A DNA stretch of 64,000 bases from Eledone cirrhosa (GCA_964016885.1 OZ024743.1:84134001-84198000), one strand, 5' to 3'. Positions 32,576 through 44,959 are shown, numbered from the stretch's first letter. Notes: generated by a model not told the origin, from the letters alone. Numbers and translations are program-made.

Positions 32576-33289
32576 TGTATGCATGTGTGTGAACTATTGA
32601 CGTTGCGTTGTCTTAAAAGTGAAAAAATATCTTCCAGGTAGTAATGGTTAAAAGATAAAGTCTACATTAACAACACCAGCCAGAATGACGACTTTGTCCT
32701 TCAACATTCTAGGGTCAATAATAAAATACGTACCAGTAATATACACGTTAAAACATTAGCTGTATACATCGATGTTAACTTGTCTTTATTGTTGTTTATG
32801 GTCAAAGGTGTTTCAGTCATAACCATCATAAATAGTGTATTTATCACTGGTTAGTGTTCAACATGCGATCGTGAGTTCAGCTCCAAGTCTAGGCAGTTTG
32901 TTGTGTCCTTGAACAAGACACTATATTTCACATTGCTTCAGTCCACACAGCAACAACAAAAATATGTAAATGGGTACCAGCAACAGCTGGGGGTTAACCT
33001 TGCAATGGGCTGACTGTCCAGGAAAATGGAGTCTTGTACTCTCACATGTTTAATATCAATAAAAACGGAATAAACTCTGGTCTGATGAACTTTGCGGGCT
33101 TGGTTGGGACTTTAACTATCTATGACTACATTGTCCAAAATGGCAGGGTGCAATTTGAAACAAATTTAGCAACTTTTAGCTAGTAGAGCAATGACACATT
33201 CTCTCTCTTGCTATATATGTCCCCAGCCCAAAGTGGTTGTGTCAGCAACTCAAAAAAGAGCGCCCAGCCCTCACTTTAAAAGGGTCGTG

Positions 33290-33532
33290 TATGTGACACG
33301 ACACAAAGCACCCAGTACACACTATAAAGTGATCGTGTAGGTGTCACAACAAAAAGCACGTAGTACACACTGTAAATGTGGTTGGCATTAGGAAGGGCAT
33401 CGAACCATAGACACCAAGACAAAATCAGTTCTGTATGAGCAAAACAGTCATCTGACCTGGTTCATTTCACAACAGGACAACTCATCTAACCCATGCTAGC
33501 ATGGAAAAATAGATGTTAAACAGTGATGATGA
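33290..33532 (+). mobile_element. SINE 3' portion with Meta-type domain and RTE-like (GAT)n tail
   Basis: TGTAAATGTGGTTGGCATTAGGAAGGGCATC..CCATGCTAGCATGGAAAA..GTTAAA..GATGAT. Related pieces at ~41560-41825, 44790-44990 (-) and 62800-63010. Confidence 0.7.
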
Positions 33533-33959
33533 TATATATGTATATAATCATTTGATGCGTGTACTGATCCATAACACTTTAAACATAGAAGAGCCAATTC
33601 CTCTGCTGGTTTAAATACTGTCAAGAAGGATAGTGGAGAAATGAGAAAGTATTGAGCACCAATACTGGACTGGTACTTCATTTATCAACTGCAAGAGGAT
33701 GAAAGGCAAAGTTTATCTTGGTGTGATTTCATTGTAGGCAGCTGGAACTAATACCACAAAGTATTCTATCAACTCTGCTAATTAACCACCTTCCATCATT
33801 TGATGATTGTGATGATATATATATACATAGAGAGAGAGAGTATATGTGTGGTTGCATACATACATTGATTTTAGCAGAGAAAGTGAAGTAAACTAAACTA
33901 ATAACCTCTATGATGCTGGGGTAGAAGGGACTCTTCAGTCATATTGGAAAACTCGATAA

Positions 33960-34320
33960 CTGTCTCTCTCTTCTATATCTTCTGGAACTATTTCTCTCTC
34001 TCTCTCTCTTCCTCTATATGATATTCACTGTAACCATTTTTCTCTATTTCCTATACTGTGTCTACCATAACGATTTCTCTCTTTCTCCCTCCCCAATATG
34101 ATGTCTAATTTAACCATCTATCTTTCTCTTATATATGATATATAATATAACTATCTCTTTCTCTCTCCTATATGCTCCTATATGATATATAAGTTAACCA
34201 TTGCTCTCTCTCTCCTATATGACGTCTAATTTAATCGATTCTCTCTCTCTTATGACGTCTAATTTAATTATTTGTCTGTCTCTTCTATATGATCTCTAAT
34301 TTAACCATCTCTCTCTTTCT
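33960..34320. repeat. Degenerate ~33-40-bp minisatellite immediately upstream of the COX6C acceptor
   Basis: Recurrent CTATATGAYRTCTAATTTAACCATCTCTCTCT units. Confidence 0.7.
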
Positions 34321-34327
34321 ATTTTAG

Positions 34328-34494
34328 ATGGCGTCAGCTGTAACTAAATTACCAAAACCCCAAATGAGAAACCTTCTCACCTCCAAACTGCCTATGGAAC
34401 TGACTATTGGAACCATTATTTCAGTTGTAGCAGGCTTAGCCTGGAAATTTGGAGTACAGAATCCAAGGAAAGCTAAATATGCTGAATTCTACAA
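34328..34494 (+). CDS. COX6C: Cytochrome c oxidase subunit 6C, first coding exon
   Basis: Polypyrimidine tract + TTTTAG directly before ATG 34328. Encodes MASAVTKLPKPQMRNLL...AWKFGVQNPRKAKYAEFY, matching the COX6C motifs LPKPQMR and PRKxxYAxFY. Phase-2 donor AA|GTATGT at 34494/34495. Confidence 0.95.
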
Positions 34495-34991
34495 GTATGT
34501 TATTAATTTATTTTATATTTCTAGTGAGGCGTCAAATTGGGAGAGTCATTAAAACATCAGATAGAATGCTTTGTATTATTCATTCCGGGTCTCTAAGTTT
34601 AAATATCGCCAACGTTAACTTTGCCTTTCATCTTTTTAAGGCCAATAAAGTACCAGTCCATTTCTAGGGTTGATTCTCTCGCTTCTCTCTCTCAATAATT
34701 AGCAATCCTAAAATCAAAATTGTTCAAGCCATCACCATCCCATCTTTCTTTCAGGTAGTTTCCATCCAGAACAATATTAGCTAATGTCTCGTTCCTCTTT
34801 TAAAAGAGAGACGTGAATCACCCTTTGGTCAATGATTGATATCACGAGATAAATTAGTGTTATTATTATTACGGCTCGTAACTCCGGTAGAATGTCGGAC
34901 ATGTTTTGCACCATATAGTTATGTTCTAAGTTCAAATCCTGCTGAGGTTAAAAATAGTGAAGTGATGTGTCCCAGGCTTAGATAGCTCTAT

Positions 34992-35448
34992 CTGAGAATG
35001 CCTGGAATGAGCTCACATCTAGGATTACAAGCAGAAGCGAAACTAGAGTATAGCAAGCATGGCCTGTGCCATGGGCAACACTTGAACTAGGAGCACTTTC
35101 TATTCAAGTCAGATAAGCTATCATCGAAGAGTAAGATGTATGATCTGTCTTTGATTATCATGGGTGAGAAGCACTATGATGGCTGGATTACTAAACTATA
35201 TGAATTATTAGGTCCATAATTAAAACACCTAATAATTCATATAGTTTAGTAATCCAGCCATCATAGTGCATCTCACCCATGATAATCAAAGACAGATCAT
35301 ACATCTTACTCTCTGATGATAGCTTATCTGACTTGAATAGAAAGTACTCCTAGTTCAAGTGTTGCCCATGGCACGGGCCATGTTTGCTATACCCTAATTA
35401 TGCCTCTGCTTGTAACCCTAGATTTGAGCTCATTCCAGACACTCTCAG
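34992..35448. repeat. Long inverted repeat (~220-bp arms, ~13-nt loop) in the COX6C intron
   Basis: Arms 34992-35213 and 35227-35448 are reverse complements, near-perfect toward the loop. Confidence 0.9.
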
Positions 35449-36114
35449 CTGGGCAGGGGTGCAATTTCCCTGCTTACCATAGGCGCTATTTTCCCTAGTT
35501 ACACCTCTGGTTTCAAGCCCACCTCCTTGGCTTCAAAACACTAGGTTAGTTTTTTGCATGTGTGGAGAAGGGAGGAGGAGTGAAGAGTGAGGCAAGCAAC
35601 CTAACTTCCATTAATCAAAATTACTACAGAAATGACAAGCAGATACTTTGGTCTGGGAGCATGCTCATGACAAGGTTTGTAACGGTGCAAATTGGAAATC
35701 TCTTGTCACCCAATACTCCATGGGGAGCAAAAAGAACTTAGGAAGGTTGGTTGTTTGCCCTCTCTACTCTGTTTTTCTCTCAATGTGACAAACTGAGTCT
35801 AGCAGAGTTTCATACCTTCTTTAGTAAAATAATACAATGGCTTACAGTAGGATTCTCAAAGTTGAAAGGAGTTAACTTTGGCTGTGTCATCTGCATGATA
35901 ACTTAGAATTTTCATTAATTTCTAAGAAAGGACATTGCCTATCATCACCATTTTACGTCCATTTTTCCGTGCTAGCATGGGTTAGATGGCCTATATTTCA
36001 ATTAATTTTGAAAATAATAATAAATTTGGAGAAATTTAATAAAATAACTTTTTCATTAGTAAGCTAGTATTTGGAACATCATTTAACAAAATTTTATTAA
36101 ATAAAATTATATTG

Positions 36115-38039
36115 AAAGGTTTTGACGGGAAGATCAGAGGCGTGCGGTGTTCCACATTGCAAGGCAGTGTGTCAATGCAAATCAGGATGTTGTTGGAGAT
36201 AAATGTGTCCGGGATGATGCCGGTGTACTTAGTGTCACGAATGACCAGAAAAAAGGAGGCCTGGAAATGTCATTATGAGAGACTGATGAATGTGGAGAAT
36301 GAATGGGAGAGAGAGAAATTACCCTTGGTAGATCCGACAGAGGGACCAGCTATTGAGATTGACGAATATAGGGTCCAAGAGGCGATTAGGGAAATGAAAA
36401 ATGGTAAGGCAGCCGGACCATCGGGAATAGTTGCTGAGATGCTGAAGGCATCAGGGGACGTAGGCACTAAACTGTTTGCACACATCATCAATCAGGCTAT
36501 ATATGGTGGTGTCATACCCAAAGACTGGTGCAGCAGTATTCTCATAAATTGCTACAAAGGTAAAGGGGATGCTTTGGAAAGGAGCAATTATAGGGGTATA
36601 AAACTGATAGATCAGGTTATGAAAGTGGCAGAAAGGATTTTAGCACAACTAATTGGAGAAAGGGTCAAACTAGATGAGATGCAGTTTGGTTTTGTGCCTG
36701 GGAAGAGTACAACAGATGCCCTCTTCTTGGTGAGACAAATGCAAGAGAGGTTCTTAGAGAAGAATAAGCCACTATACTTAGCCTTTGTTGACCTAGAGAA
36801 GGCCTTTGATAGGGTACCCCGATCTGTCATCTGGTGGTCCCTAAGGAAGCTAGGTGTTGAGGAATGGCTTGTGAGGACAGTGCAAACTTTGTACAGAGGT
36901 ACTCTCAGTAAAGTCAGGTAGGAATTCCAGATACAAGTAGGAGTACATCAGGGTTCGGTCCTCAGCCCGCTCTTGTTCATTATAGTCCTCCAAGCCATAA
37001 CAGAGGAGTTTAAGACTGGCTGTCCATGGGAACTTCTCTATGATGACGATCTGGCTCTTATAGCAGAATCAGTAGAGGAGCTAGAGAATAAATTCCGGCT
37101 ATGGAAACAGCAGTTGGAAGCAAGAGGACTGAGAGTAAATCTAGCTAAGACAAAAGTGTTGATGAGTAGAAAAGAGGACAAAACCCTGATTCCGTCAGGG
37201 AAATGGCCATGTTCGATATGCAGAAAAGGAACTGGCATAAATTCTATAAAATGCACACAATGCAGGTCCTGGGTACACAAGAGATGTAGCGGGATAGCAG
37301 GCAAACTAACAGGTAGGGAGAAATATGTATGCAGTAGATGTACAGGGAAATTAGACAGTAGAAGTCGCACTGATAGACACATTTTTCAAATGCGAGAGGG
37401 CGCTATAGAAGTGGTGGATAGCTTCCGGTACCTAGGAGATCAGATTAGCATGGGAGGAGGGTGTTCCGAGGCCATAGTATCTAGAATAAGGACGGGTTGG
37501 AAGAAGTTTAGGGACCTGCTTCCTCTGTTGACGAAGAAGGGTTTCTCCCTGCGTACGAAAGGCCGGTTGTATGATGCCTGTGTGAGGAGCGCGATGCTGC
37601 ATGGTAGTGAGACATGGGCAGCAACCGCAGAGCATATGCGATGGCTGGAGAGAAATGAGGCAAGCATGCTCCGTTGGATGTGCAGTGTAAATGTGCGTGA
37701 ACGACCCAGCATAAATGTGTTGAGAGAGAAACTGTGTCTGAGAGGGATAGAATGTAGTGTACGGGAGAGGAGACTGAGGTGGTATGGACATGTGATGCGC
37801 ATGGAGGATGACCGATGGGTGAAGAAGTGCCAGGAAATGCCAGTTGAAGGAAGACGTGGTAGAGGTAGACCACGAAAAACATGGGCGGAGGTGGTGAGAA
37901 CAGACCTCAGATCATTGAAGCTCACGGTGGAGATGACGAGGGACCGTGACGAGTGGAGAGATGCTGTGCTGAATAAGACCCATCCCACCCTTGCAAGCAG
38001 GGAAAAGCGGACGTAAAATGATGATGATGATGATGATGA
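36115..38039 (+). mobile_element. 5'-truncated RTE-clade LINE in the COX6C intron; RT contains a PHD finger
   Basis: KAAGPSG, NYRGIKL, FVDLEKAFDRVP, GVHQGSVLSP, LLYDDD (mutated YADD), VDSFRYLG, MLHGSETW, RLRWYGHV; (GAT)n tail; small deletion and stop near 36920. Confidence 0.93.
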
Positions 38040-38259
38040 ACTCTTTAAAATTGGCAGTTTTGTATCAAAATCTGAGCTGGTTTCAGGTGGGTTGGAATAA
38101 TATTCCTTATATATTCACCCTACCATAGTCTTTACATCAATATTTCTCAAACTTATTTTGTCACTAACTCCTTTAATGATTTTTACAAAAGTCACAGAAC
38201 CCATACCTATAATTTATAGACAATCCTCTTAATGAAAATAATGATTTATTCCATTGCAG

Positions 38260-38353
38260 TACTTATGATGCTGAAGCTGACTTTCAAAGAATGAAAAGAG
38301 CTGGTGTTTTCCAGAGTGTAGATGCTCAGGGAAACATAAACACAGACTTTTAA
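38260..38353 (+). CDS. COX6C: Cytochrome c oxidase subunit 6C, second coding exon
   Basis: Acceptor TTCCATTGCAG ends at 38259. The phase-2 join gives N-TYDAEADFQRMKRAGVFQSVDAQGNINTDF-stop (COX6C YD..xF..MxxAGxFQS motif). 167+94 nt = 86 aa + stop. Not present in the ORF track. Confidence 0.93.
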
Positions 38354-38790
38354 TGAAATTAGAAAATTGTGAGTATTACTGTCTATGTATGTTGTTGTTT
38401 TTAACCTTTTTTGTTACCATATTTCAATTGAAAGACATTGCCTATGATTTTCAAATAATTTTGAAAATGATCAAGGATTTTTTGGGATTATTCCTGTTCC
38501 CAAAACTAACATGTAGCAGACCACATATGGCTACATTGACCAAATATCACTGTAGACCTGGTACATAGAATTAGTTACAGTTAAACTTTGCTGCTATTCC
38601 TCTGGCTTTTATCCTTAACTCTTTCATTACTATATTTCTAATGAAAGATACTGCCAATGTGATTCAATTAATTTGGAAAATAATTAAAATTTTGGGTGAA
38701 TATAACTAATTTTTTATTAAACTGTTGGGAACTTAACTGAAAAAAAATGTCTTACATAAAATTAGGATAAAAGGGTTTAACACATATATA

Positions 38791-38836
<46 letters not shown>

Positions 38837-39264
38837 CTCTGGTCTAGAATACCCCACTTCCCGCTTACCAAAATTTTGCTAAACTCACCAGCAAAATTTT
38901 ATTTTAAGTGGTTGCATTCCTGCCAGAATTAATTTTCTTTAGACATTAAAATACATTATACATGACAAAAAAGTACATTACTAGAAATCCCATATGTTAT
39001 AAAATATATAGGATGGGTTGGGTCTCAATATGTAAACTAAACAACTAATTCTTATTTTTAAAAACAATCAAGGGAGACAACCTAGTAAAAATTACCGATT
39101 GCCCACTCTTTATTATTTGGGAGCCGAGAGTATATATATATATATAAACAGAGATAAGGGCAATTTTGGGTGGGTTTGTAACAAAAGGGTTAAATATGAA
39201 AACAATCCTTGATTCTGCTTTTAACAGTTTCTCAATATCTTTCATTTATTTTCTTTGATTGCAG

Positions 39265-39355
39265 AGATCATTGGTTCTTTGGGGAAGTTGAAGAAACCAC
39301 CAACCATTTGTAATTTATGTTGACCCTATAATAAATTTTTTTTTTAATTTATATC
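39265..39355 (+). other. COX6C: Probable non-coding terminal 3'UTR exon of COX6C
   Basis: Donor GTGAGT at 38369 (15 nt after the stop), acceptor TTTTCTTTGATTGCAG ending at 39264, AATAAA at 39330-39335. Confidence 0.6.
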
Positions 39356-39749
39356 TATCTGTTTTTTATTGTCATTATTTTGTTTGCTTTTCCATGTTGG
39401 CATAAGTTGTCTTTGGAAGATCATCTCTTTTGAATTGATACAATGCCTGAAATATTTAACTCTTAACATCCTGTAATGATTTAGCAGAAAATGTCTCAAA
39501 ATTTGTTTGTTAATTCAAATGTTTAAAGTATCTTTGTTATTAGACAAATCATTGTGAACATTTTCTGTATTAGAGTAAAGATTTTTAAAATGATGCAGTC
39601 AGTGCTGTTTCCTACTTTTAAGAATGTCTTTCTAATGTAGTTTCATGAGGTTAATTTAAATTTTGTTATTTTTATTAGTGGATAGATGATTGTGAAAATT
39701 TACAGTAAACTAAATTATGAACTAAGGAAAGACTTTAATAATTAATGAA

Positions 39750-40391
39750 AAATGTGCACAAAAGATGTAGTGGGATAGCAGGCAAACTAACAGGTAGAGA
39801 AAACTATGTATGCAGTAGATGCACAGGGGAATTTGACAGAAGTTGCAGTGATACACATTTTTCAAATGCAGGTGGGTTCTATGGAAGTGGTTGATAGCTT
39901 CCGGTACCTAGGTGATCAAATTAGCATGGGAGGGAGGGTTGGAAGAAGTTTAGGGAGCTGCTTCCTCTGTTGACAAAGAAGGGTTTCTCCCTGCGTACGA
40001 AAGGCTGGCTATATGATGCCTGTTGGAGATGTGTGATGCTGCATGGTAGTGAGACATGGGCAGCAACTGCAGAGGATATGCGACGGCTGAAGAGAAATGA
40101 AGCAAGCATAGATGAGTTGAGAGAGAAACTGTGTATAAGAGGGAGAAGACTGCGATGGTATGGACGTGATGTGCATGGAGGATGACTGCTGGGTAAAGAA
40201 GTGCCAAGAAATCCCAGGAGAAGGAAGACCACGAAAAACATGGACGGAGGTGGTGAGAGCAGACCTCAGATTGCTGAAGCTCACGGACGAGATGACGATG
40301 GACCGTGACAAGTGGAGAGATGGTGTGCTGAATAGGACCTGTCCCACCGTTGCAAGCAAGGAAAAGCGGACGTAAAATGATGATGATGATG
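39750..40391 (+). mobile_element. Short, multiply deleted copy of the same RTE family
   Basis: Collinear with 37270-38039, including the GCAAGC..GGAAAAGCGGACGTAAAA(TGA)n tail. Confidence 0.88.
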
Positions 40392-42102
40392 CAGTCAGTG
40401 TTTTGTACTTTTCAAGAATCTCTTACTAATGCAGTTTCATGTGATTTGTTAATTCTAATCCTATCTTTATTAGAGGACAGATCATTGTGAAAATTTGCAG
40501 TATTTAAGTAAAGACTTTAAGTTTTAATACTATCTAGTCTTGTACACTATCTAGTTTTGTACACTTCAAGACTATCTTGCTAATGTGTTAAGAGTTAACT
40601 GCAGGGAAATGGGGAATTCAAGCGGCTGAAATGGGGCTCCTTTGGAGGGTTTTGAGTGGAATGATACTCGTTAGAGTGCATAGCTCAGAGATCATAGAAT
40701 CGCTCTAGATAGAGCTACTACCTCTTCGAATTCAGAGGTCACAATATTATTGTCATGTGGTTAGAATGTCTAAGGGAAAAAATCGCTGGACAGATTTTAC
40801 ATGCAAAACCAACCGGCAGGAAACCAAGATGGTTGAATAACATCCATGAGATCAGCTGGTCTCGATTGGGGATCCAGCTGGATCAAATGGAGATGGTTGC
40901 TTCTGGCAGGATCTGCTGGAATGCAGGCTTGAGGACTCTGCTTCCAACGACCCACACAGGAATAAGTGGCCAAAAACGAAACAGATTATACAACAAATAT
41001 ACAGAAAAACATCAATTATGTGTGGACCTGTAACATCTAATGGAGTGTCTTGGGCATTTTAAACATGGTAGAGGCCATCCCCTCTCCAGGTTTGAACACA
41101 GCCTATTTAGTTCTAGCTGGTTTGGTAAATTTAAAACTGAAGCAGGAATTGTCAATGTTCGTATAACAGTTGATATTGTTAGTGTAGAATATCTGATCGA
41201 CTTTGAATCAATTGCTGCCTTTCTTATATATATTGCTGAGACTGACAGAGGAGATGAAGAAACACGGTGTGTGGAGATATATTGTGCTGAAAAGGAACTG
41301 TCTAATCCATGCAAGCGTGGGAAAACGACCATAAAAATGTGACTGACTGTCAATTGCCTTGACTTTAATGTAAACCAATCTCCAACAATATGTTAGCTGA
41401 GAGGTTTCACCGAACAGATTCAGTGTGTTATCGAGGTTTTGTCGCACCTGGGATGAGGTGATAAAAGCCGATCTTGCCCAACTGCACCTCTCAAAGGCGA
41501 TGACACGGACTGAGGCCACTGATGTTACCCAGTAATACAGAAGACCCGACTTCCCACAGGTACAGGCCGAAGCTGAAGCATAAATACAGTATGCCCCCTC
41601 CCACTATAAAGTGGTCATGTAGGTGTCACAACAAAAAGCACCCAGTCCACACTGTAAAGTTGTCGTGTAGGCGTCATGACAAAAAGCACCCAGTGGAAGA
41701 GTATCAAGCCAAAATCTGTTCTGAATGAGCAAGACATGGTCACCTGACCTGTATTTCCCACAACAGGACAACTCGTCTAACCCATGCTAGCATGGAAAAA
41801 TGGACGTAAAATGGTGATGATGATATAAACAGTAAGGAAAAAAATACGCATTTTTGTAAATGTTTATTTAAAATATTCTCTGATTTTTTTTTTTTTTTAT
41901 GTGATTTCAAGAAATACTGTAATTACTTAGTTAACTTGAAATGGAAAGATGGGTGTTGATTAGCTGTGAGGTGAGGTGTTGGTGGTGATGGAGAGCTGGG
42001 TTAGGTCCAAATCAACAGTTGTTTACAATACAGCATTTCCTCAGATGGAATGTCATGGCACACACAGGGTGGCTGCTATATTAAGGTAGCCAAGTCCTAT
42101 GG

Positions 42103-42263
42103 TCAATAACTGTAAGACTCTTTATCGTGTTTGCACTTCTTCTTCAGTTTCCGCGCTCTTTCTTGGCGAACAGTTTCTGCTTCAAGGGCTGCAATCTCAT
42201 TTAACCGATGTAGGAAGGAGGAAGGGGCACCACTGACAGGATCTTGGTATAATAATTCACCTG
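42103..42263 (-). CDS. C8orf89: C8orf89-like uncharacterised protein, terminal coding exon
   Basis: Acceptor TTTCTATCAG/CAG (NAGNAG). Encodes ELLYQDPVSGAPSSFLHRLNEIAALEAETVRQERARKLKKKCKHDKESYSY-stop, resembling the C8orf89 C-terminal motif DPxxGAPxxxLxRLxxIAxLExxTxRQE as I recall it. AATAAA on - at 41863-41868. Confidence 0.75.
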
Positions 42264-42589
42264 CTGATAGAAATAGAAAACAAAACAGATGTTCATATGT
42301 AACATATATTTAGGTGATGATAATAACTAACTAATATACACCATAATTAGACAGGAAGTTACCATTCCGAATTGAGAGATCACAGATCCGATATTACAGG
42401 CACGTGGTCTCAGGATAAAATCACTGGACAGATTTTATGGGCAAAACCAACCAGCAGGAGACCCTGAGCAGGATGGTTGGATAACATCCATGAGCTTGGC
42501 TGGTTTTGCTTGGGGATCCAGTCAGATCAGTTAGAGATAGATGCTTCTGACACGACCTGCAGAAAGGAGTGTTTGAAGACTCTGAGGAC

Positions 42590-43570
42590 AGAAAGTTACC
42601 ATTGTCTCACATACTTAGACAGGAATTTGCCATTTTCTCACGTACTTAGACAGGAAGTTGCCATTGTCTCACATATTTAGACAGGAAGCCGTCATGTAAC
42701 ATGGTGGAAGTTGATGTTCAGTTGGACCCTGAGTAATGAACTTAGAACACTTAGATTCCTTCCTCTCAGAGTATGTGGTTGGACAAATAGACAAACAAGA
42801 CACTCTTTTTGTAAATTCCTCTCAAAGCTAATGAGGGACATTCAAGGAGAACTACCTGCTTCAAATTCTTCTCAAGAGCTAGTGGCAGACAGACAGACAA
42901 GCAGAATTATTTTCTATATAATCCACTATGAAAACGAGAGAGGTACAAACAGAACTACCAGCCTCAGATCTATAGAGAAACAGATAAATATTCCTCTCAG
43001 ATCTAGTGCTGGTGGTGGGGAGGGCAGACAGACAAGCAGAGCTATTTTCTATATTTCCCTTTGCGACCTAGAGGGGAACAGATAGAAGTAGATCTACCCT
43101 CCTTGTATTCCTCTCAGAACTAGTTAGGTTCTTCTCATTCTTTATCTTTCATCTTTTATTTCTTATTCTGTCTTCTGAGGAAGGACTACTGTCCGAAATA
43201 TTAAGATGCGTTTCCTAATATATTTCTTCATTGTACTGTGCCGTTTGCTTTATTTCAGTTTAGTTTTTACATACATTCAAGCAAACATATCTTCACATAT
43301 TCCTCTCAGTTCTGGAGGATGTGGGGGACAGACTGACAAGTGGACCTATTTTCTACATTGCTCTCTGAGAGCTTGAGAGGTACATTCAAGCAGACCCACC
43401 TTCCTCATTATTCTCTCAGATCTAGAAGAGGAACAGACAGACAAGCAGGCATAGCTTCCTTGTGTTTCTCTTAGAGCTAGTGAGGGACAGACAAAGAAGC
43501 AGACCTACCCTCATCAGATTCCTCTCAGAGCTATTGCAGAAGAGACAAGCAGACCTATACTCCTCATATA
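42590..43570. repeat. Intronic minisatellites: 31-bp unit (42590-42690) and degenerate ~45-bp unit (42750-43570)
   Basis: ACTTAGACAGGAAGTTGCCATTGTCTCACAT x3, then recurrent TTCCTCTCAGAGCTAG..GACAGACAAGCAGACCTACC. Confidence 0.7.
43170..43207 (+). ncRNA. Minimal hammerhead ribozyme motif in a Penelope-type solo terminal fragment
   Basis: TCTT-CTGAGGA-AGGAC-TACT-GTCC-GAAA-TA-TT-AAGA, the same family as the motif at 19177-19212. Confidence 0.55.
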
Positions 43571-43574
43571 CCTC

Positions 43575-43790
43575 TCACAGCTTGGAGACTTCTGATGTCC
43601 TTGGCCCTACAGCCACTTCCCTACTCACCCCATCGGTACAGAGTTGGCTACTTACAGGTGTAAGCCTTGTGAGCTGGAATGGCTCTTCCAGCACATCTCC
43701 CTCACCATCCTCCAGGGAAACACCTTCTCTATTCTGTCCGCCAGCATATGGGCCCCCATTTTCTCATAATAGTGAGAGATGGGGAGAGAC
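43575..43790 (+). mobile_element. 3' fragment of a CRE-clade non-LTR element (restriction-like endonuclease tail)
   Basis: Across a frameshift reads LETSDVLGPTA..IG.EL...ELEWLFQHISLTILQGNTFSIL, fitting the ETxGxxG...FQRLSxAIQRGN pattern. Confidence 0.6.
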
Positions 43791-43904
43791 AGAGGAAGTG
43801 ATAGTGGGAGTTGGGTCCATTGTGTTCGGACTTGGTGTATATGTATATATTTCACAGATACACTCACACTGAGGCAGAGGGGTGAGACAGACAAGCAGAC
43901 CTAC

Positions 43905-44093
43905 CTTCCTTGTAGGCAGTTCGACTACCTGTCCAAGAACTGTTGTCAGTTGTGCTGGTTGACTTACTACAAAGTGTCCGTCCTTTTTGAAAAGCCGTTG
44001 TCATGGTAACCGGTGACTGTAGCCCTTGGACAGTTTTCACAGTAAGACTTGGTGTACAGATTGAATTAGTGGTGACCACTTTGTCAACATTAT
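43905..44093 (-). CDS. C8orf89-like gene, internal coding exon
   Basis: Acceptor CTTTCAG, donor AAG|GTAGGT, 189 nt, phase 1/1, open frame (D)NVDKVVTTNSICTPSL...SRTAYKE. Splices in frame to the terminal exon. Confidence 0.75.
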
Positions 44094-44959
44094 CTGAAAG
44101 TGGTGGTAGGTTTAGAGAAACAGATGGTTGGCTACAGATCTAACTACAATGGTGGTGGTGGTGGTGCTAGTGGTTTTACTGTTTAACAGGATGGGAGGCC
44201 AGTGCCTATGACCTTTTTCAGGGTGACAGTGGTGTGCTGAATGTGTGTACGGTTGAGGTGTCGGTGGATTGTGTGTGGTTGAGAATAAATATATTACTGA
44301 TTTTTAAACAGAAAGTAGAAGGGCAGCAAATATTCAAAATGACATTACACTGGATTAAATTTGGTATATATATATATATATATATATGGAAATCAGGTCT
44401 ATAGCATTAATATAGATCCTGAGCCACCCCATCTGAAAACAGTCGTGTGTATAATCAAAGACTTTAATGTGAGACCTTGTTTTGTTTTTATTATATATAC
44501 ATATATATATAGAGAGAGAGACTCAATATAATATATCCATGTTAGAAGAGAGAAAAAAATTTTGCTCACCAATCTGGGTGTGGGTGTTGGTGACATGTTG
44601 CTGCTGCTGTTGTGATGACTCTGTAGTAGCTATGTAATGCCAATTAGTGTTGTTATTATTGGTGTTGAGGTATGTAGTGGTGTTAGTGACAGAACTGTTG
44701 CTAGGGAATGGCATCGAACGGTTCCATACCATCAGGAAACCACCATTGTTGTCATCTTCCCCACATTTAACTGTAATGAGAATCATAACCATTTAACTGC
44801 TAATTTCCTTGTTTGCATGGGTTAGATGAGCCGTCATGTTACGAAGTGAGGTCAGGTGATTATGTCTTGCTCATACAGTTCATTTTGGGCCTGGTTTTAT
44901 ATGACTGGCTGTCCTTCCTAATGCCAATCACATTTCAGTGCGAACTGGGAGCTTTGTCA

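Noticed and set aside
35455-35550. Second HDV-like remnant (GGGGTG/CACCTC, CCTAG/CTAGG)
   Set aside because: P3/L3 is missing, so the fold cannot be completed.
43997-44010. RFX X-box-like GTTGTCATGGTAAC
   Set aside because: Lies inside a coding exon far from any supported start site; a single short match may be chance.
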